DNA from: Eledone cirrhosa
Lineage: Eukaryota
NCBI GenBank assembly: GCA_964016885.1
Contig: OZ024740.1
Span: 158,038,001-158,102,000 of the forward strand
DNA length: 64,000 bases
Direction: 5' to 3'
The notes below the pieces were generated by a model, which searched no databases, was not told the DNA's origin, and saw only the letters and a program-made list of their open reading frames with translations. Shown one piece after another: positions 53,807 to 64,000 of this stretch; positions within the stretch are counted from its first letter, which is position 1, and each line of letters starts with the position of its first letter. Both the position numbers and the translations under genes were made by a program.

Positions 53807-55023
53807 ATATAATAGAAAAGGTAAGAGAAAAACAAACAGAATGACAATTCCCGCTCTTCGGCTGTCTGCTGTGGGTCGCTGATGTTTCGACGCATTAAAG
53901 ACAGTACATCTCACCACAGTGCGTTGATAACTAAGAGGAATAATTATCAGGGAAGAAAACAAAACAAAAAAAAACAGAGATGATAGCGAAGAAAACGACA
54001 GAAAAAGAAAATAAATAAAAGTAAAACATACTGCTAGAGAGGGGAAAACACGAGACAGTATTACATGTAAGTTGTAGTAATCGGTAGGAGAGAGGGAGAA
54101 ATTAAAAGGAGACCGAACGTAAGTCTTGAGTCCGTATTAACAGCGCGAGGGTGAGTGAACAGAAAACGCCTGGTCATAGACAGAACAGGCACAAAGAGGG
54201 AGAGACGTAGGAAAACAGAAGTGATAGGGGGAGGGGGAAGTGGTAAGGGAGCAGAGAGAGGGGGCAGAAAGGAGATAGATGGTAAGAGAGAAAGAGAATA
54301 AGTGAGTGTGAGAGAGAGAGTAAGGTAGAGAAAGAAAGAGAAAGAGAGAGAAAGGAGGAGGGTAAAGAGTTAATCCAAAATGGCAGATTTAAGTTCAAAA
54401 CCAGAATTAACAGCAATAAGCGAGATAGGGAGGATAGAACGGAGGCCATAGCAATAAATTAATAAGAATTAAAAGTGACAAAGGTACTGTGTGGTTACTA
54501 ATAAATATTGTTTAGAAAACGTAAGAGAAACACAAACATAAGGACATATATATATATTATATATAAGCAGTACCACTAAGACAGTGTTGCGCGTTATATG
54601 CGTGTATATGAGACCTCGCTATCAAAGAAAAAATATTTCTCTCGCTTTTGCTCTGCGAACACGTCGGAAATGTCAGTAACTGTTAAGAATGCCAGACAAT
54701 GTTGTTTCAAGATTCGTTAATCGCTTCTCAGTGACATTCACTCAAGCGGTTCAGACATGAGAATAGAGTAGCGTCTCTATAGATTTTGCGTGATGAACAT
54801 TTCCTGGAGGTGCTCATTGTTTCCTATTTGCTTTCTACTTACTATATGCAAATGACATATCCAGCATTTCGCAAAATCGATATAGACTCTAGTCTATTTC
54901 TATGTCAGTACTGATTGAGTGAATAATAAATGTCACTGATAAAATAGTTTATCTTTGATAGCGAGGCTCCCATATATTTATTGTGTATACACATATAGTA
55001 TATGATTTTATATACACCCCTAA

Positions 55024-55092
<69 letters not shown>

Positions 55093-55132
55093 GACACACA
55101 CGCGCGCGCACGCATACACACATATATATATA

Positions 55133-55258
55133 AAGAAGGAGTTGTGGTACTCAATACTTAGGGTAGTAGGGTGGGTAATAGGAAAAAGTATGACCCCGAC
55201 GGCAGAGTCCAGAAATAGCCGTCGAAACGGCTTGAGCTCTGCCATCGGGGTCACACTT

Positions 55259-55299
<41 letters not shown>

Positions 55300-55473
55300 A
55301 ACAAGTATAACCCCGACGGCAGAACTCAAGCCGTTTCGACGGCTATTTCTGGACTAAATAAGAATTTAGTCCAAAAATAGCCGTCTTGTTCCTATTACCC
55401 ACTCTACTACCCTAAGTATTGAGTACTTTGGTGTGTTATGGTCCATCTGGTTCCTTACCACAATTCCTTCGTT
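55133..55473. repeat. Two fold-back fragments of the 6040-6240 family in (TA)n
   Basis: Shared text gtactcaatacttagggtagtag and gtccagaaatagccgtcgaaacggc in both orientations. Confidence 0.85.
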
Positions 55474-55502
55474 ATGTATATATATATATATATACATATA
55501 TA

Positions 55503-56121
55503 TGATGGCTGCCCCCACGTTATCGAGTATGGTCATTGCACGACATACCATTATTAATAATTATTAATTAATTCCATCGTGCAATGCCTGTGCGTGAAGA
55601 TATTTTTTAAAGTGAGGAAAGACTGTGTACTGAGCTAATCCCACTCTCTGAGCGACAGTAACTATAACCCGAAAAGAGAAAAGATCATCGGTAACTACTG
55701 AGCCGCAAGTTTTATATCAGAGTTATCCCAGTTTCCTGAGTTGCTTTCTCCTAGAAGAATGCTCTGACAAAGGCTAGGGGTCCTTCACTCCCAGTGGTTT
55801 AACCGCACGATTGGGTGTCCAGCCCAACTATTAATATGTCCCCGCGCATATACACACACATGCACCCATGTATATACACATATACATATACATACACATG
55901 TACATGTGTATATACATATTTACACAACCCTGGATGGCCGTTGATTCCTATGAGTTCTTCCGCCCTTTGTCAGATTTTGTTTTTTATCCTGCAGGGTGCC
56001 CAAAATTACCCTCTTCCTCAAGTAAATTTGGTGGGGTTGCCGGTTTAGTCGCCAACAACCCGACCATGCGACAGGTTGTACTGGGTTACATGTTACCAGT
56101 AGCACTCAAGATTAACCCGAC
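55503..56121 (-). mobile_element. Second copy of the 1443-2002 non-autonomous element
   Basis: Colinear reverse complement, flanked by (TA)n/(TACA)n. Confidence 0.8.
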
Positions 56122-56160
56122 ACATACATACATACATACATACATACATACATACATACA

Positions 56161-56196
<36 letters not shown>

Positions 56197-56200
56197 TATA

Positions 56201-59676
<3,476 letters not shown>

Positions 59677-59910
59677 CGTACACAGACATATGTTATGGGA
59701 AAAGAGACGTTTAACATCAACAATCTGAAGTATAAATCTTCAGAAAACCGTAATAAATTCTTTCACTTATAATTTCCACAGATTCCTCGTATAGAAATTC
59801 TGTAAATTTAAAAATGCACTTTATAATGACCCAATATATATATATACACATGCACACACACATACATACCCCCACATATGCCCACCCAACCACATATATG
59901 TATATATATG

Positions 59911-59947
<37 letters not shown>

Positions 59948-60056
59948 GTGTGTGTGTATTTATATATTTATATATATATATATGTATATGTGTGTGTGTG
60001 TCTGTGTATGTGTATATATATATATATAATTATATGTATATATATATATGTATATA

Positions 60057-60128
<72 letters not shown>

Positions 60129-60132
<4 letters not shown>

Positions 60133-62400
60133 GCAAGAGTTGCCTCCCTTGTTGTGACGATCACATCACCAATAGATTAACGCTCTCTAGACAGGAAGTA
60201 GCTGGAGTTACTTCTCGTTGGGGTGGCAGAACCCTTTGTGTCACTTCCGTCTTGAGACCCTATAAAAAGGATACTCAGAGCGATCTCTCTCTCATTTGCC
60301 CTTTCGGCTGCTGGCCTTCGGCCAAGCGCGTTCGCCGAGTCTCTACTCTCTGGCAACCCTAACATGGTCTCTTGCGAGCTAACTTCAAAACGGTAACAAA
60401 TAACTTTACTTCATATTTCATCTACTCTTGACATGTCAACAATTCTATACTACATAACTTCAACTTGTTAATTAAACTTTATATACACAACCTAGTGTCT
60501 TGTTATATTCATACACACAAGTATTTTGTTATAAGTGGTGACCCCGAGAAAAAATCATAGGATCTGGTGTTGTGTGAATATATATAAAAAATTAATTAGC
60601 AGTACCCCATTTTCGTTGGAAGGTGTCGACCAACATTTCGAATACGCAGCAAACTTTATTAACGAACTAGGAAAAATACTCAGACACAGAAACGAACACA
60701 CGCACATGTGAAATTCTCGTTCAGACAGACTCTTCTTCTCTCACCTAACGTGATATTTTTTTTTTCGGACTAAGAAATCCTTCCCACCTCCTTAGACAAG
60801 GATTTCTCTCCGCATACACTGTCTTATAACGAACACGTCAAAAAAGAAATGTTTTCTCAGCAAGCAAAATAAACAGACAATTTTGCCTTTCACGCACGTG
60901 TCGCACATCAACTATGTGTCGCATTCCACTGGATGTATATATATCTTTTTCGTTTATTCTTACAACGAACACTTTGAAGAAAAAAAAAAAAAATTGATTT
61001 TTTTTTTTTTTTTTTCTTTTTACACATTTCAACATGAACATTTACTTTCGCTGAATCTCAACTATTGCTTATTCTTTCTGCCAAGCTTTTTTCATCGTTC
61101 ACAAAAAAGTTGAACTCGCCATGTTTGTTATACCAAGTGAAGCCTTTCTTTCTGTTCATCATACTTTCACGTTCACACACGGGTTTTTCAAAATGGCTGC
61201 CAACAACCTTGTTTCGGCACGTGTGGGCAGCACACATCTCGACTCACTGAAATACCACACGCCATAGATAATGTTTCTTGCCAAGGATTCTCCAGCCTTA
61301 AGCTATATTCTCCTATTTGCCGGTTTAAAAATTTACCACGTAAATTTGCCGTTGAAAACTGCGCATTTATTCAGAATGCTTATTTCTTTGGTCGCTGGCC
61401 TCTTGACCCTTCCAGGTCAACGCATTCTCAACATCGACCATCAACTTTGGCTGTTATTTCTAGCACTTTGCGCAACTAATTTTTTCTGGGAAAATTTTTA
61501 CTGTGAATTTAAACATCGAATACGCTCACTCCACGAGACAACAACACAGCTTCATCAACAACCAAAACCAGCAGAACAAGCCAGAGAATTTATTTTTGCA
61601 GCACTCTTCCTGTGAGAAAATCCCTTCGGAGGTTGGAAATTTCACGTTATACCACAGACCAGAGACCACCTGCATACATTCTCTGGAGGACACACTTTCT
61701 TTCCTGCTGTCATGTGATTGCACACATGTGAACTGTATTTTGAACATTTGAACTTTGACCTCTTCTTTTACTTTGATTACATTGTATCTTTGAGTGATGG
61801 ATAGATAGATGTCCAGTCGTTCTCTGGCCAAGAGCGGTTGGCTACCGCTATCTATCATTGATTTTTGCATGCATATATTTTGCTGTTTTCCTTTTATTGC
61901 AAACATTATTTTTTTCGTAATTTTCATGCCTGGACTTTGGTGTTACAACATGCTCGCAATCTTACTTCATACATGATTCATTCGATTTTTATGTTTTAAA
62001 AATCTGGCGGGGGATAATGTAGCAAGAGTTGCCTCCCTTGTTGTGACGATCACATCACCAATATTCTCTAGACAGGAAGTAGTTGGAGTTACTTCCCGTT
62101 GGGGTGGCAGAACCCTTTGTGTCACTTCCGTCTTGAGACCCTATAAAAGGGATACTCAGAGCGATCTCTCTCTCATTTGACCTTTCGGCCAGACGCGTTC
62201 GCCGAGTCTCTACTCTCTGGCAACCCTAACATGGTCTCTTGCGATATAACTTCAAAACGGTAACAAATAACTTTACTTCATATTTCATCTACTCTTGACA
62301 TGTCAACAATTCTATACTACATAACTTCAACTTGTTAATTAAACTTTATATACACAACCTAGTGTCTTGTTATATTCATACACACAAGTATTTTGTTATA
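60129..62400 (+). mobile_element. Non-autonomous LTR retrotransposon (about 2.27 kb) in (TA)n
   Basis: LTRs at 60129-60533 and 62018-62400 (TGTAGCA...TGTTATA). PBS TGGTGACCCCGA at 60536-60547 matches the tRNA-Trp 3' end. PPT-like GGCGGGGGATAA precedes the 3' LTR. No recognisable gag/pol inside. Confidence 0.9.
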
Positions 62401-63235
<835 letters not shown>

Positions 63236-63347
63236 ACAGTGTAGAGCACCGCCTTCTAATTTATTATTGTTGTTAACTTCTTGCTTTTCGTATTGTAGTT
63301 GTAATATTAGTTGATGATGTTGTTTCAGCTGCTGGTGTGTCTCATAT

Positions 63348-63404
<57 letters not shown>

Positions 63405-63438
63405 ATGGTGGTGGTAGTAGTAGTAGTAGTAGTGGTGA

Positions 63439-63489
<51 letters not shown>

Positions 63490-64000
63490 CAGTGGTGATG
63501 GAGGTGGTAATATTACTGTTATTTGCCTCCTTTTCCTCGCTGTTGTCGTTGTTGCTATTGTTATTGTAACTGTTGTTCAGAGTTTTAGTTATCCTCAGAA
63601 AAGCCAACACACACACACACACATACACACACACACACTCATACATACACTGCCAATTTGTTTATATGTAAATATGTATACGCACACACACACATAAATG
63701 CATACATAGATGTATTTACATACATACATCCATGCATGCATACATTCATAGGTACATACATACTTATATACATATATACATACATTACATACATACATAT
63801 ATACATATATACATACATACATACACACATACATATATGTATCATATATCTGGGTTGTTGTTCTTATTCTCGGCACTTCTAGTTCAGTGACCGACCTGGC
63901 TGACACTGTTTACTTCAGCCCAACTACCACAACCAGTACCAGCACCACCACTACCACCATCACCACCACCACCACTACCACCACCAACACCACCACTACC

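Overview
This is AT-rich, microsatellite-saturated eukaryotic DNA. Its repeat content (tRNA-derived SINEs, very long (TA)n/(TG)n/(TATG)n/(AAT)n/(GTA)n tracts) resembles a coleoid cephalopod such as octopus; that is inference only. I can support no host protein-coding gene, and most ORFs in the track are microsatellite translations. The window is a nested set of mobile-element remnants: RLE-type non-LTR retrotransposons (R4/Dong-like x3-4, CRE-like), four Tx1/L1-clade fragments, RTE and CR1 fragments, a Penelope-like GIY-YIG fragment, two Helitrons with both termini, a non-autonomous LTR element (tRNA-Trp PBS, PPT), two MITEs and about 20 SINE copies. The strongest unexplained signal is about 15 type-I hammerhead-ribozyme (HHR) cores read by eye. 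Most lie in small non-coding modules (0.2-0.75 kb) that are terminally redundant and/or fold-back and sit in (TA)n tracts, consistent with Penelope pLTR or retrozyme-like units. A second signal is apparent partitioning of microsatellite types between retroelement families, plus a possible Tx1/SINE partnership at ATT sites. Boundaries were read by eye and may be off by some tens of bases.
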